Shown here piece after piece: positions 24,443 through 38,961 of a stretch of 64,000 bases of DNA. The stretch is from Octopus sinensis (taxonomy: Eukaryota). The translations under genes were made by a program, and so were the position numbers. How positions within the stretch are numbered: the first letter of the stretch is position 1; each line of letters begins with the position of its first letter. Under the pieces are notes generated by a model that worked only from the letters and a program-made list of their open reading frames with translations, did not search any database and was not told the origin of the DNA. The stretch covers positions 90,272,001 through 90,336,000 of the forward strand of contig NC_043001.1 of NCBI RefSeq assembly GCF_006345805.1, written 5' to 3'.

Positions 24443-24579
24443 GAAATATTTTCACCAATCTCCAGTCATGATTATCGAAACGCGAAGCCGGTGGACTATG
24501 ATAATATATATGTATGTATATATACACCTACATATATATATATATATACATACATACACACACACACACACACGCACAC

Positions 24580-24626
<47 letters not shown>

Positions 24627-24738
24627 ACACAAATATACATAATATATATGTAGGTGTATATATACATACATATATATTATCATAGTCCACCGGCTTCGCG
24701 TTTTGATAATCATGACTGGAGATTGGTGAAAATATTTC
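24443..24738. repeat. Near-perfect inverted duplication: 97-bp arms around a 102-bp microsatellite spacer
   Basis: 24443-24539 is the reverse complement of 24642-24738 with one visible mismatch (TATCGAAACG vs TATCAAAACG). Confidence 0.9.
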
Positions 24739-24755
24739 GATTTCATAGTATGTTA

Positions 24756-24971
<216 letters not shown>

Positions 24972-25500
24972 TCAGTACAGTTAGTCTTGTTACCAGCGTT
25001 TACCTGATTCTATGATTTAGATGCTCAACACTCAACAGTTTACTCTGTCTAGCTGCAAGACGGTTGCAACGGGTGGCCAATTTCACAACTATAAGTAGCG
25101 AGCGTGCTACAAGAATACGGTCTTCGATTGGAAAGAAAGTCTTGTTGCATTTCAAGATAAGAAAGGAACAAATACTTATTTGGTCTTATTTGATATATTT
25201 AATTCAGATATTTCCGCTCCTTAATGACACAATCCCATGCTTTCGGCATATTGTTGAGTCATCAGGCTGTTTTCCTCTAAATAATGTTAGAATGATCTGA
25301 AAAAAAAATCGTAGTCAAATGAAGCAAGGTGGGAGAGTATGGAGGATGAGGCAAAAATTCAATATTGAGTTCTGTAATTTTTTTCCTTTGTGACTTGGGC
25401 AATCTGTGATGTCGAACCTCTTTGATTGTTCAATGACGGGCATGTTTCAGCAAATGTTTGCGCAATGCTTTCAACCGACGGCTATACTTCTCCGCATACT

Positions 25501-25733
25501 AAGGCGGCGAGCTGGCAGAATCGTTAGCACGCCGGGCGAAATGCGTAGCCGTATTTCGTCTGCCGTTACGTTCTGAGTTCAAATTCCGCCGAGGTCGACT
25601 TTGCCTTTCATGCTTTCGGAGTCGATAAATAAAGTACCAGTTACGCACTGGGGTCGATGTAATCGACTTAATCCCTTTGTCTGTCACTGTTTGTCCCCTC
25701 TATGTTTAGCTCCTTGTGGGAAATAAAGAAATA
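25501..25733 (+). mobile_element. SINE family D, full length
   Basis: AAGGCGGCGAGCTGGCAGAATCGTTAGCACGCC..GAGTTCAAATTCCGCCGAGGTCGAC..AATAAAGAAAT. Confidence 0.9.
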
Positions 25734-25824
25734 TATATACTTCCCAGCATTAACTGTTTTGGCTTAACACTTCACGATAGACAACATCCTAAGTATCCCA
25801 TCTTTGGACATAAAAAAATAAACA

Positions 25825-26187
25825 GTTTTGTAAATTTCACAAATCTTATTTGACCACCTTCAAAACACTCCCCTTTCTCATAGTATCCTATCCTTTTCAG
25901 CGATGTTGTCAGCGTGGAGAAGAATCAGAAGTCACACGTTGCCAAGTCGGCAGAATAGGATGAAAATCCAGTTTAAAGGTCAGCGTTTCAACACCGTTGT
26001 TGAGATCCAGAGTGAATAACAGAAGGTCCTCGACTTGCTTACGGAAAACGACTTCCAGACCGGCTTCTCAAATTGGCAGCAACGCTGGAACCGGTGTATT
26101 GCTGCGCAAGGTGACTACTTCGAAGATGATGTTAAAACTTATGTTTTAAACATAACTAGTCCGGAAACGTTTTGATACCACCTCGTA
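25825..26187 (+). mobile_element. Internally deleted mariner remnant
   Basis: MKIQFKGQRFNTVVEIQSE.QKVLDLLTENDFQTGFSNWQQRWNRCIAAQGDYFE; 3' TIR CCGGAAACGTTTTGATACCACCTCGTA. Confidence 0.8.
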
Positions 26188-26961
26188 CACCTTCAATTGA
26201 ACGGGGTGCTTGTCTTCCAAGACTTCCAAGACTTGCTGTCTTAATCTACAACCGATTGGACTAAAGCAATATAAAATGAAATGCTTTCACTGGAGTATAC
26301 AAAGCACTGTCCAGTCCGGAAATCGAAACTGTAATCTTATGCTCATGAATGCAATATGCTGAACACTCGCCTTAACACGCCTTAACACGCCTTAACACGT
26401 TCGCAACAAGAAATAACAAAATTTCAGAGCGATAAACGAGATAAAACAGATCAACATTAAAACAATTTTTAAAAATTATTTCTATAGAAATAAGATATCT
26501 ACCCTTGATACTCGGTCTCCGGAAAACATTGCAGCATCATATAGAGAAAATTGGGTTTCATCAGGAGAGGTTATAAAAGATTTATATATAATAGCTGTGC
26601 TATACTGTTTATGTAGAAGTATGAATAGTCGATAGTGTACGAAAATACCCAGTCACACGCAACCCATAAATCTTTCATAAATACCGCTGATGAAAACATC
26701 CTTGCAATTTGTATGTATTAACTGATAGAAATAACATATTCTCTGACAACTGCGAATTGACCTTAAACACCTTATTTCTATGGGACCAGATGTTGTCTTT
26801 TGAGTATTACTCTATTTTAGATAATTAATAGAATTGAACTTGATATTTTTCGTTGCTATTAAGAATTCTGGCCAATTTATATTTCCATGATAGAATATTT
26901 CACTGCAGCGCGGTGAAGCAAAATACACACATACATACGGGCATACACACATACATAGATA

Positions 26962-27015
<54 letters not shown>

Positions 27016-27026
<11 letters not shown>

Positions 27027-27299
27027 AGAAATCAGGTACCCAGAAGATCGGATGGTTTATATTTACAGATATTTATTTGTATATTACATTTCTTATATAT
27101 ATATCATATCACTTAGATCATTAGCGCTTTCTCCCATTCTAGTGGGGTTTTCAAAGCAATTTGAAAACCCCACTAGAATGGGAGAAAGCGCTAATGATCT
27201 AAGTGATATGATATATATATAAGAAATGTAATATACAAATAAATATCTGTAAATATAAACCATCCGATCTTCTGAGTACCTCATTTCTTCTAATATATA
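27016..27299. repeat. ~140-bp-arm hairpin with 4-nt loop
   Basis: Arms 27016-27155 and 27160-27299, loop GCAA; inner ~115 bp perfect, three mismatches (27023, 27033, 27040). Confidence 0.92.
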
Positions 27300-27324
27300 A
27301 TACCTGTACATCATCTCCAAACCT

Positions 27325-27368
<44 letters not shown>

Positions 27369-28037
27369 GGAAAACAGCTATGGTATTCAATGTTTTATAG
27401 AGCACACATGTGTTTCACCTAAATGTAATAATTGCATAACAGTTATGTAAATATTATGCAATTTTGCATTGCACTTCATCAGTGCCCTGCAATAATGTTG
27501 AAAAGCTCCAAATATATATACTTTTCCGGTTATGCAGATTATCAACAACTTCTCATACTATGCAATATAGCAGTGTCAAGAATAATGCTTACCATTCTTC
27601 TATTGAATGCCTACAATTCTTCTATTGAATAAAGAAAATTCATCCTCACTAGTGACAAAGGATTCGGAATCTATGCCTATGAAAGTCAGAAATCCAACAC
27701 CTTTTGTGGATATTCAGAACCTCCAGCACATCTTGTATAAAGCTTGACCAAGGCACGCAATATTTATCTTCCTCAGAATCCATTGAGTGATTTCAGTTAG
27801 ATATGTGGTGACCTCCAATCGAACTGTTACCTAAGTAGTACTCAAGTGCACATTGTCTGCTTTTTCATCTTTTCTTTTGATTTTTTTCCCAACCAAAACC
27901 CACCAAAAAAGCATATTACTGAAATTCAAATTACTGCTGCTGTTGTGGCATTTATAAAAATATACATATGTCTGTACTGACACAAATATACATACATATT
28001 TAAATACATGCATAGACATACACACACGCACACCCAC

Positions 28038-28083
<46 letters not shown>

Positions 28084-28403
28084 GTGCAATGTAAGAGAAT
28101 GGGAGAGAGAAGGGGAATAAAGGAACAGAAGAAGAAGGAGGAGGAGAAGGAGGAGGAGAATGGGGAGGGGGAGCTGGTGGTGGAGGTGGAGGAGGTGGAG
28201 GAGGAGGAGGTGGAGGAGGAGGAGGTGGAGGAGATGAGGAGGAGCATGTAGGTGAATGAGAGAGAGAGAAAGCGAGAGAGAGAGAGAGAAAGGGAAAGAG
28301 AAGGTGGCCGAATGACAGAGACGGAGAGAACAGGTAAGAATATTGACAATTCCTGGAATAAAATTCAGAGACGAAAACACAAAGGAGTGAAAGAGCGTGA
28401 GAG

Positions 28404-28483
<80 letters not shown>

Positions 28484-29032
28484 GAGAGAGAGAGATAGGG
28501 TGAGAGAAATGAGGGAGAATTTGAGACAGACAGACAGAGAGACAGAGACAGTGACAGAGAACGCGTTGAAATTAAAAATAGGTTGAAAAGCCGCTACAAC
28601 AAAAGAGAATGATATACTGTGTAAGAAAAAAATATTGTTAAAACGGGCAAGAGAGTGATAGAAGTGCAGAGAAAGAGGCGGGGTAAAGGTAGAGTGAGAG
28701 AGAGAGAGAGAAAACTGCTTCCGGTCTAGCTGAGGTGACCTTGGGACATGGGACGTCAGCGAACATATTCTAATTTATATGTTTATTTATTCTACTCATT
28801 TGTATATATTTCTATTGACTTACTAGTTTACTTATTATTGTATAAATATTTATATATTTTCCTGTGAATGAGAATCAAACAGGATATTTTTTTGCCGATA
28901 AAGACAAAGTGAAAGCAATAGAAATTATTTTGAAGCTGTGTGTGTGTGTGTGTGTGTGGGAGAGAGAGAGAGAGAGAGAGTGACAGACAGACAGACATAG
29001 AGTATTTATGTCTGTGTGTTAAGTAAGCTATC

Positions 29033-29579
<547 letters not shown>

Positions 29580-30296
29580 GAGAGTGAAGAATAGATAAAC
29601 AGAGAGAGGGAAAGAGAGATTGTTATAGAAATATAGTATAAATAGAAACTGTTTTATGTCTTTGCGTGTTTCAGTGTGTAGGCGTGTGAGTGGGAGGCAT
29701 GGGGGGATTGTGGACAGTACGAGTCTGTGTTTGTGTGTGTTTGTGTGTGTGTGTATGCGTGTGTGTCTTGTGGATGGGGATGGGAAGTAAGATAAAGTGT
29801 GAAATTCAAATCACGGAGGAGAATTATTGACAACCAAGGTGAACGAAGAAAGTTAGATAGAGGTTAAACAAGTTAAAAAATAAAGACTGAAATATAATGC
29901 AAGTGACAGATAAACATTTTTGATGAATGAATAAAGACGAAAGAGTGAGAGCAAGATTGAAATTCTTCATCAACAATGACGACCGTAAAAGCAAGAACGA
30001 CAAACACGACAACAAGGAACATCAACAACAATATTGATTTTTAAGTAGAGTCGATTAAATCAATGTAGCAGAAACTTTTTTTTCTGACATGGCCCACGAT
30101 ATTTTTTGTATCGTTTCTGACCGGCCCAACGTCAACTAAATAATATCAAAAATTAATGTTAATACAATAATTTAATTAAAAACAAGCAGTGAAGACCAAT
30201 ACAGCAAAGAGTATTCTTTCGAATTCACAGACCCTCTCTTGGCTTCCTTGTGGACATTTCCGATGCTCAGAGTGTGATCTACTTTCCTTTCTTCAG

Positions 30297-30334
30297 CGAC
30301 GTTTCTGCGGTTGATGAGGGTCTTGTATTACAGT
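30297..30334 (+). CDS. Candidate 38-nt exon (DVSAVDEGLVLQ or TFLRLMRVLYYS)
   Basis: CTACTTTCCTTTCTTCAG| acceptor, AGT|GTAAGG donor; two frames open, so frame ambiguous. Confidence 0.3.
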
Positions 30335-30936
30335 GTAAGGCTGCTAACTCCACAATAAATCCCGCACATGGTGGACGACCCATTAGTTTGACTTCCATAG
30401 AATAATCTATCCAACATGACTAAAGTTGCCCAGTTGATTCAGTGGTATGTCGTAGTTTTGACCGCCTTGTGCGCTAACCGAAATCTTCTCCCCGCCCCTA
30501 AACGAGGCATGCTTTCGACGATAGTAAATATAAGTATATAAAGTAGCTGCCCCATCCGATTCGAACAAGCTGCAGAGTCTGATCTATGCCACAGAGTAGG
30601 TTAAATTCTCCGCCGGTATAACACTCTGAATCATAAAAAGCATGCAAACTTCCCCACCACGGCAATGCAGAAGACTGAAGTATTAAATAGAATGCAGAGG
30701 TTCAACGACTTCGTTGTTTCCTGTTTCTTTCTAATATGATATGTAGAAAGTTATTTTCTAAATATGCAAATGCTTCCGTGGCTAACGAGAAATTATATAT
30801 ATGAGCCCTACCTTGTGCATCACTGGATGAAATACACCTCAGAACTTCAATGATATTTTACGCATCAAGAATAATTAATTTATGAAGTTATATAATTTGC
30901 TAAAAATTACGGTCGGATGTGTTTTGAATCCGTCTC

Positions 30937-31309
30937 GTGGCACTCCGTCGGTTACGATGACGAGGTTTCCAGTTGATCTGATCAACGGAACTGCCTGCTC
31001 GTGAAATTAACGTGCAAGTGTCCGAGCACTCCACAGATACGTGTACCCTTAACGTAGTTCTCGGGGAGATTCAGCGTGACGCAGAGTGCTGGCCCTTTTA
31101 AATACAGAGGTACAACAGAAACAGGAAGAAAGAGTGAGAGAAAGATGTGGTGAAAGAGTACAGCAGAAATTGTCACCACCCCCTGCCGGAGCCTCGTAGA
31201 GCTTTAAGTGTTTTCGTTCAATAAACACAACGCCCTGTCTGGGAATCGAAACGGCGATCCTACAACCGCGAGTCCGCTGCCCTAACCACTGGGCCATTGC
31301 ACCTCCACA
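30937..31309 (-). mobile_element. SINE family C head with tail type 2
   Basis: Head TGTGGAGGTGCAATGGCCCAGTGGTTAGGGCAGCGGACTCGCGG..TTCGATTCCC; tail ..GAACTACGTTAAGGGTACACG..ACCGACGGAGTGCCAC. Confidence 0.85.
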
Positions 31310-32277
31310 GAATCCCACTATACCATTAAAAAATGTACGTAGTTTCCTTATTGATAGTTGGTATTATAAGAGAGATAATCATTTCTGCATAATGGGACGA
31401 GGTTAGAAATTAAAATGTGAAATTAAAGAATTACATTGAAAAAGATGTATGGAATTTACAATTTTTTGTTTACTTTTCGCAAAGTTCTTACCGTCGCGGG
31501 GTAAATATGCTCGGCACTATTTCATCCTTTTTAGAAATCGTCATCATTATATAAAATGTAACTCATTAATTAAACATCATTTTATGACGTGAAACATGTC
31601 ATTAAAGAGAAAATTAATTACAAACTGGTTGAAATTCATGGGATGCGTTTCTATTCTCATAGAATATTAGTAATTTAGGAATCGAGAAAAAAGAAGGAAT
31701 GTTCTTAATGTTTACATATAACATAATGACTGTTTCTTGAAGAAATGTTGTCCAAAGTATGCTAAATTTATGCCTCAGTATAGTGTCTATGTACATATCG
31801 ATATATTCTTTGCCACACTCTCAGTCGTAGGATAAAATCTCTCCTAACATCATTAAACATATACCAACAACATCGAATTAGATCAATGAATTTCACACTT
31901 TATTCTAACTCCCAGCCGATCCACAAAATACACATGCATACAAACACGCACAAACACACACATATTCTGTCCATAACCCCCCGCGCTACAATTGGCTACA
32001 ATTAGAACATGCTACAGCTTTGTAAGTTATGCTGCAAACAGCAGGTTCAGGTAACAAAACAATTCTGAGAACGTAGCGGCCAGTTTTCAAAATTCCGCAA
32101 TAAAAATAGCAGCATTATGTTAATAGATACAACATTCCATTTATAAATGAAAACTGTGTGGTATGTAGAAAAATACCAATAGCTTGTCGCGAAGATATAA
32201 TATATATATATATATTAAGTTAGACATGGCCTGGGCCAATAATGGCCGAAACCTATCAAAGTATCAAAGTATCAAAG

Positions 32278-32316
<39 letters not shown>

Positions 32317-33289
32317 AAGCAAATTAGCTAGTTAGAAAAGCTCTATAAGAATTGAAAGCAGTAACTATATTGAGTGTTGATGTTTATCGCCACTTAAACA
32401 TGATTATTCCGTAGGAACCGATGTGACTGATCTCTTTAACTCTGGGAGGACGCCTCCTCCTGCAAGTTATTCGATGCAATCTGCACCCCATTTATATATT
32501 GCAAGCAGGGGAGTGAACCCCATACCCTCTTCCAACCACGAGACCACCAGACCATACGGTTTCGACCTCTTTGCGGTCATTCTCGGTGATAGATACTCGT
32601 CCGCTAGAGATAAAATCTTTAATATGATCAAACTGATCGTACATAGAAAAGGACATCACAAGACAAACAAATACAAAAATGTTAAATGAGTTCGAATGAG
32701 CATTATGTTAAAAATTTACTTAAAAATTATTTTATATAACGATTAATTTTTACCTTTAACTAGAACTTTTTTTTAAAACGAGGAAAGAAAACGAATAAAA
32801 GTTCAAAAAGATCGAACCCTGCAGCCTATAAGGCCCATCAACTATCTTTTCCTTTCATCAATGATTAAGCTGGGTTACTAACACCCACCTTTCTCATCAC
32901 ATCCTTCCATTGTTTTTCGTATTCACTCGGTGGAGGGGTTTTCCTCTCCAACCCCATCTGTATATAATTATATATACAGTATCTCACAGAAGTATGTACT
33001 CCCTTAAAAAATTTCAGTAAACTTGCCATTACTCAGATAATATCGAAGAAAATCAAACGAAATTTATACTGAATAAAATATTATTATACATGCAAATATT
33101 ATACAAATTTGGAACACAAAACAATAAACATTTTCAAAAATATGAACGAAATATTAATTTTTAAACGATACAAAAATATGTACACCCTAAAAGATTATTT
33201 GCTATATTTAATATTTGGTGTGACCGCCCGTGCATTAAGTCTTCTATATGCATTTAGTCGCCTAAATTTCCGCATATGACCGATGAAAT

Positions 33290-34549
33290 CGACCTCTATT
33301 CATCCTGAATGATATTTTTCAACTGTGTTATATTGTGGGTTTTTTCTCCTCAACCATCCTTTTCAAAACACCCTACAGATGTTCTCTTGGGTATAAATCA
33401 GGTGACATGGTAGGCCAAGGTAACAGATAAACACTTAATCGTCATCTTTGAAGTGTGTTTAGGGTTATTATCATGTTGGAACATGGAATGTCTTCCTAAT
33501 TTCTTGATGCTTTTCAACATTGTTTTCTGCAATATGTCATAATAAAGACTTCATCCATTGTTCTCTCAATAAATGTGAGTCCTCCTACACTAGCCGCGCT
33601 CATGCATCCCCAAAGCATAACACTTTGTCACCGTGTTTCACAGTCGGCACGGTGCATTTGTCGTTATTATCTTCACCTGATCGTCGACATACTCGTTTAA
33701 TACCATCTGACCCAAACAAGTTGATTTTAGTCTTTTCAGAAAAAAGAATTTTATTCAAAAAATCCTTCCCCTTATTCATATAGATTTCAGCAAAAGAAAG
33801 ACAACTTGGTTTATGTCTAGTAGTGAGGAGAGGCCTCCTACGAGGAATGCATCCATGAAGACCACACTGGTTCAAACTTCGGCGAACTGTTTGAGCGGAT
33901 ACACTCTTTCCACTAACAGAAGACACTTCTTGGGTCAAAGATGAAGCAGTACGACGCTTATCGTCCATCACGCAACGTCGGATGTGACGAATATCAGAGG
34001 GGGAGATCCCCTTCGGTCATGAATGACCATGGGATTGCACCTAGAAAGTTACGCTCCGAGGCACAAATCCGGGCAAGTTTGCTTGTGGAAGGCCAGCAGT
34101 CGCCCATGTTACCAGCCTCCCCTCTCCACACCACTGATGTTATCCATGGGAAAAGCAAAGGCCAATACAGCTTGGTACCAGTGATGTCGCAACTCAGTTC
34201 TACAGCTGGGTTAACTGGAGCAACGTGAAATAAAGTGTCTTGCTCAAGAACACAACACGTATCTCGGTCCGGGAATCAAACTTACAACTTCACGATCGTA
34301 AGCTCGACGCTCTAACCGCTGAGCCATGCGCCTACACGCGAATATCACGCGCAGTTAAAATAGAAGGACGACCTGGACCATGTTTATTACTTAGCCGTTC
34401 TGTAGCTTTGTACTTCTGAATTACTTTGGCAACTGTGTTTACGCTAATATGTATTTGTTTGCTATTTAACTTGTATCCTAAACCATTCTTGTGCAAATTA
34501 AAAATAATTTTCTTCAAATCTTCAGACAATTCTTTCCTTTTGGTGCCAT
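33290..34549 (-). pseudogene. Tc1 transposase pseudogene interrupted by a SINE
   Basis: ATG 34549: MAPKGKELSEDLKKIIFNLHKNGLGYK..GPGRPSILTARDIR / RRTASSL..GLHGCIPRRRPLL..ILFSEKTKINLFGSDG..VPTVKHG; stops downstream. Confidence 0.88.
33997..34333 (-). mobile_element. SINE family B inserted in Tc1, with 9-bp TSD
   Basis: Head AGGCGCATGGCTCAGCGGTTAGAGCGTCG..TTTGATTCCCGG; CGAATATCA at 33988-33996 and 34339-34347. Confidence 0.88.
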
Positions 34550-35809
34550 TTTAATCACAACGAAGAAGATTTTCACCACGGTACACAAATCGGAATTCCT
34601 GCAGATGCAGTAGCAATGACCGGTGCAAAAATGCCATGAGAAATAATTTATTAGTAATAAAATTATCAGCAATATCTGAATTTAGTGAAAAAGTCGATAA
34701 AATATTGAATAGAGTAAATTTCCTTTCAGGTGTACATATTTTTGTAACGTTTGAAAATTAATATTTCGTTCATATTTTTGAAAATTTTTATTGTTTTGAG
34801 TTCCAAATTTGCGTAATGTTTGCATGTATAATATATTTTATTAAGTATAAATTTCGTTTGGTTTCCTTTGATATCAGAGAAATGGCAATTTTTACTGAAA
34901 TTCTTTAGGGTTGTACATACTTCTGTGAGATACTATATATGTTCATACAATTAATACTGTGCAATTGGCATGATACTATCATTGCACAGCTGGAACTTGT
35001 GCGGTAAATGTGATACTAAGATCTCCATTCTTTACCTGTTATACACACACACACACACACACACATACGCACACACATACATAGATACATACAAATACAT
35101 GTGTGTATGTATTTAACTTCCTAATGTGTAGCGGTGTCTATATTTGCCTATAAAACTTTGTTCAAAAAGACATTAAAGTCAGCTGCGCTAAATTACTAGT
35201 TTTGTTTATGGGTTGAAAATTATATCAAAAACAAAAGGTTTCATTGAATAGCGTCTGAAAATAGTATTATTGCAGGACAAGCGTCATGATGCAACTCGTT
35301 TTTACACACACACACACGCGCGCGCGCGCGCGCTTCCATACGCACGCACACACACACACACAAATATTCTGCTAATTCCAAGCGGTTCAAGTAGTTTGAA
35401 AACGCTGGACGTCTCGTGATCTGCCTTGTGAAGACCAACGACAGTTATACGATTTTCTTTCACACTCCATTCCATTGTTAAATAGGAAAATTAGATCAGT
35501 TTGTACCTGAAATTCAATGCGGACGGTTATTAGCTGGTGACTGATAGACAGGGAAAATATTTTAGGAGCAAAAACTTATGAAAAGTTAAGGAGAAAATTT
35601 GTAACAGTATTTATGGCAATTCTTGGGATACACACACACACACATTCATTCATGCATGCAAACATGTGTGTATGTATGGATGTAATTTAGCGTGGTGATC
35701 TCCACCACGCCAAATCGTAAACTACCGGCAAAAACGCGGACCGTATACATTAAGTATATGTGGTCGATAATGTTTTTTACGCTAGCGCTGTTTCTATTTC
35801 ATATTTGAA

Positions 35810-36165
35810 TACATGCATACATACATGCATACATACATACATAAATACATTAATACATACATGCACACATACATACATGCATACATGCATGCATACATAC
35901 ATACATTAATACATACACACACATACATACATACATACATACATACATACATACATACATACATACATACATACATAAATACATTAATACATACATATAC
36001 ATACATACATGCATACATACATAAACACATTAATACATACATACATACATACATACATACATACATACATACATACTGACATACATGCATACATACATAC
36101 ATACATACATACATACATACATACATACATACATACATACATACATACATACATACATACATACT
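35810..36165. repeat. (CATA)n array with variants
   Basis: Directly visible. Confidence 0.95.
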
Positions 36166-37396
36166 CATTAAACATTCAGCATCAATAATTATTGATTATA
36201 TTTGACGGCCGTTAATAAATGACAAATTTCTTCGTTGAAAATTAAAGTTAAATATCTTTTCCATAATCCGTTAGACTAATTCACTGTTTCTCACGTACAG
36301 TAAAGAAGCTGCGATATATTAAGTTTTTATAAGACGAAATTAAAGAGAAAATGACAGGCAGTGACATATAGCTTAATCAGAAGTGACGAAGAGCGACAAG
36401 TCGCCAGAAGGAGCGGACAGCAGAAGTTAACAACGTCAAGTGATATTAAAGCATCATGATATAAGTGAAAAAATGAAAACAGCAAGACAAAAGAGAATTA
36501 TTCAAGAGGGTTAGGTGTAATTGGTACAAAAATATCAAGAAAGCGGCAGACGTATGGAAAAAGCGTCTATAAAAAGGAATTAAACTCATCAATAACAATG
36601 GATGTAATAATCACCAAGTGTTAGTAAATAATGTAATTATGTCGTAATGTCTCAGAGAGCAGCTGTAGACTATAAAGTGACACAATTATCTTTTTAAAAC
36701 ATGAATAAATGGTGATATATATCAACGAGCAGAGCTAAAGGCAAATGATAAATACTGAATATATAGAATGCGGTTGCAAGGAGGAACCAGCGATAGCAAG
36801 GAATTTTCAAAGACATAAAAGAATGAGTAACAACTTGTCTGTTATGATCAGCCATCATGAAAGTGTGATGAGCAGTGATAAACTTGTAGAGTAAATTGTC
36901 AACAGATGAAAGTAAATGACGTGATGAAATTCTGCAACAAATTTCAACAAACGATAAGACATCATTACGCAGTTATTTTCAGTTAAAATAAAATAAAATA
37001 AAATAAAATAATGGAAACTTAATTAATTTGTGAAGCTTCCTAGCTATTTTTAGACTGGTTACATTTCCTGTTAACTCATCCTTATCATTTTGGCTACTTA
37101 ACAAATGAATACGACGTTTATTGAAGGCGAAAACCGGAAGAGAGCTGAACTATCATCGTCACATCACATTCCCTAGAAAATCCAACTCTTCCGTCCACTA
37201 ATATATAATTACTCCCTAATTGAACTCAACCAGTGAATCGACTTTCGTTTTGCATTCACTGTATCATTACCACAATCAACACCCCACCAGCGCTTCGACC
37301 ATCACTGTCGCCATTAACCTTCCGCCATAATTTTTGTCATCATCACCAAACTCCTGTCCACTACACGTACTCTCTCACCAAAATTAGAATAACTGG

Positions 37397-37579
37397 TTTC
37401 TTCTTCTTCTTCTTCTTCTTCTTCTTCTTCTTCTTCTTCTTCTTCTTCTTCTTCTTCTTCTTCTTCTTCTTCTTCTTCTTCTTCTTCTTCTCCTTCTTCT
37501 TCTTCTTCTTCAACTTCTTCTTCTTCTTCTTCTTCTTTTCCTCCTCCTCCTTCTTCTTCTTCTACTTGTGCTGCTGCTG

Positions 37580-37610
<31 letters not shown>

Positions 37611-37650
37611 CACTACTACTGCTGCTGCTGCTGCTACCACTCCTGTTTTT
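37397..37650. repeat. Compound trinucleotide array (TTC)n/(CTA)n/(CTG)n
   Basis: Directly visible; explains ORFs 37233-38093 and 37314-37733. Confidence 0.92.
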
Positions 37651-38640
37651 GCTACCACCATCATTGCAGCACCAACGCCTATACCACTACTGCCAAAATT
37701 AACTGTCTGAACCACAAACTCAACCCTAACCACCTATTCACATCAATATCAGTATTAACTTCGTCACCACCGTTACCACTATGTCCATCTGTACAATTGT
37801 CAACACCACTACCACCAGCATCACCAACACCACCACTATCATCCGTGCCTTCGTCGCCATTTCCACTTTCACCACCATCGCAACTTGGCACATACAATGT
37901 CTACAGAAAAATAGAATCATCAAATTCCGTTTTATATTATAACTGTCATCAAAATCACTACAACCATCATCACTACAGTTGCTTCACCATCTTCATCAAC
38001 ACCGCCAGCACCACCACCATCGCCACCACTTCTGTTCTAGTTTCCTTCTATTTTAACAGAAGACAACTGTTGCCGCCGCCAACATTATATTGACTGATAT
38101 TTGAAGTCGTTGTTGCTGTGGTTGCACTTTTTTCTTATATTTGCTTCTTCTGTTATTCTTGTGGTTGTTGTTATTATTCTAGCTGTTGTTGTTCTTGCTT
38201 TGTTGTTGTTGATCTTGTTTTGCTATTTTTGCTGTTGCTGCAGTTGTTATTGCTTTGTTGTTGTTGCTATCAATAGTTGTGGCCATATCGTTGTTATTAT
38301 TTTTCTTTGATACTCTTATTACTTGCGTTATTGTTATATATTTGTGCCTAAATATTTAATAATTCTGTGGTTTTTATTTTATAGTATCCAGTTTAGAGAC
38401 GTAGGTTGTAGTAGCGTCTCTTTTTGCGTTTCATTTGGAACAAAAAAAAAGTAATTCATTTTCCTGGAGACACTGTTCTAGTTGTTGAATGCCATTGTTG
38501 GTTTCCTGAAGAATCTCTCGACTTGATTCGCCGCTGCACTATGTACTGGACCCAGTAGCCACACTATTAAAGAAAAGTGCTAGCAATGGGATTGTGCAGT
38601 ATTTACAGTGGTGATCAGCATTTGGTTGTTTGTATATGTG

Positions 38641-38961
38641 AAGGCGCGTGGCTTAGTGGTTAGGAGCATTCGGCTCATGATCGTAAGGTCGTGAGTTCAA
38701 TTCCCGGCGGCGCGTTGTGTCCTTGAGCAAGACATTTTATTTCACGTTGCTCCAGTCCACCCAGCTGGTAAAAATGAGTAGTACCTGTATTTCAAAGGGC
38801 CAGCCTTGTCACACAATGTGTCACGCTGAACCTCCCAAAGAACTACGTTAAAGGTACACGTGTTTGTGGAGTGCTCAGCCACTTGCACGTTAATTTCACG
38901 AGCAAGCTGTCCCGTTGATCGTATCAGCTGGGACCCTCGTCGTCGCAACCGACGAAGTGCT
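38641..38961 (+). mobile_element. SINE with B-like head and tail type 2
   Basis: AAGGCGCGTGGCTTAGTGGTTAG..GAGTTCAATTCCC..GTGTCCTTGAGCAAGAC head; tail shared with 30937-31110. Confidence 0.85.

Larger units (their letters stand above)
32977..34935 (-). mobile_element. Full-length decayed Tc1 element with ~210-bp IR/DR-type inverted repeats and TA flanks
   Basis: TA|CAGTATCTCACAGAAGTATGTAC..TATGTACACCC left; GGTGTACATA..GTACATACTTCTGTGAGATACTA|TA right; ~1.6 kb after removing the SINE. Confidence 0.92.

Noticed and set aside
26368-26399. Short tandem repeats (CGCCTTAACA x3; also 44703-44787 and 45469-45516) as CRISPR-like arrays
   Set aside because: No unique spacers and no cas genes; simple slippage minisatellites in a eukaryotic context.
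32221-32280. GGCC-aataat-GGCC-GAAAC as a hammerhead
   Set aside because: No CUGANGA core. The CATGGCC..GAAAC plus tandem tail matches the LINE/SINE 3' stem-loop seen at 54218 and in family A.
35697-35740. GCGTGGTG-atctc-CACCACGC hairpin as a Helitron 3' end
   Set aside because: Not followed by CTRR and no matching 5' end found.
38450-38560. Coiled-coil-like minus frame EILQETNNGIQQLEQCLQENELL
   Set aside because: No splice donor and short; indistinguishable from chance without a search.
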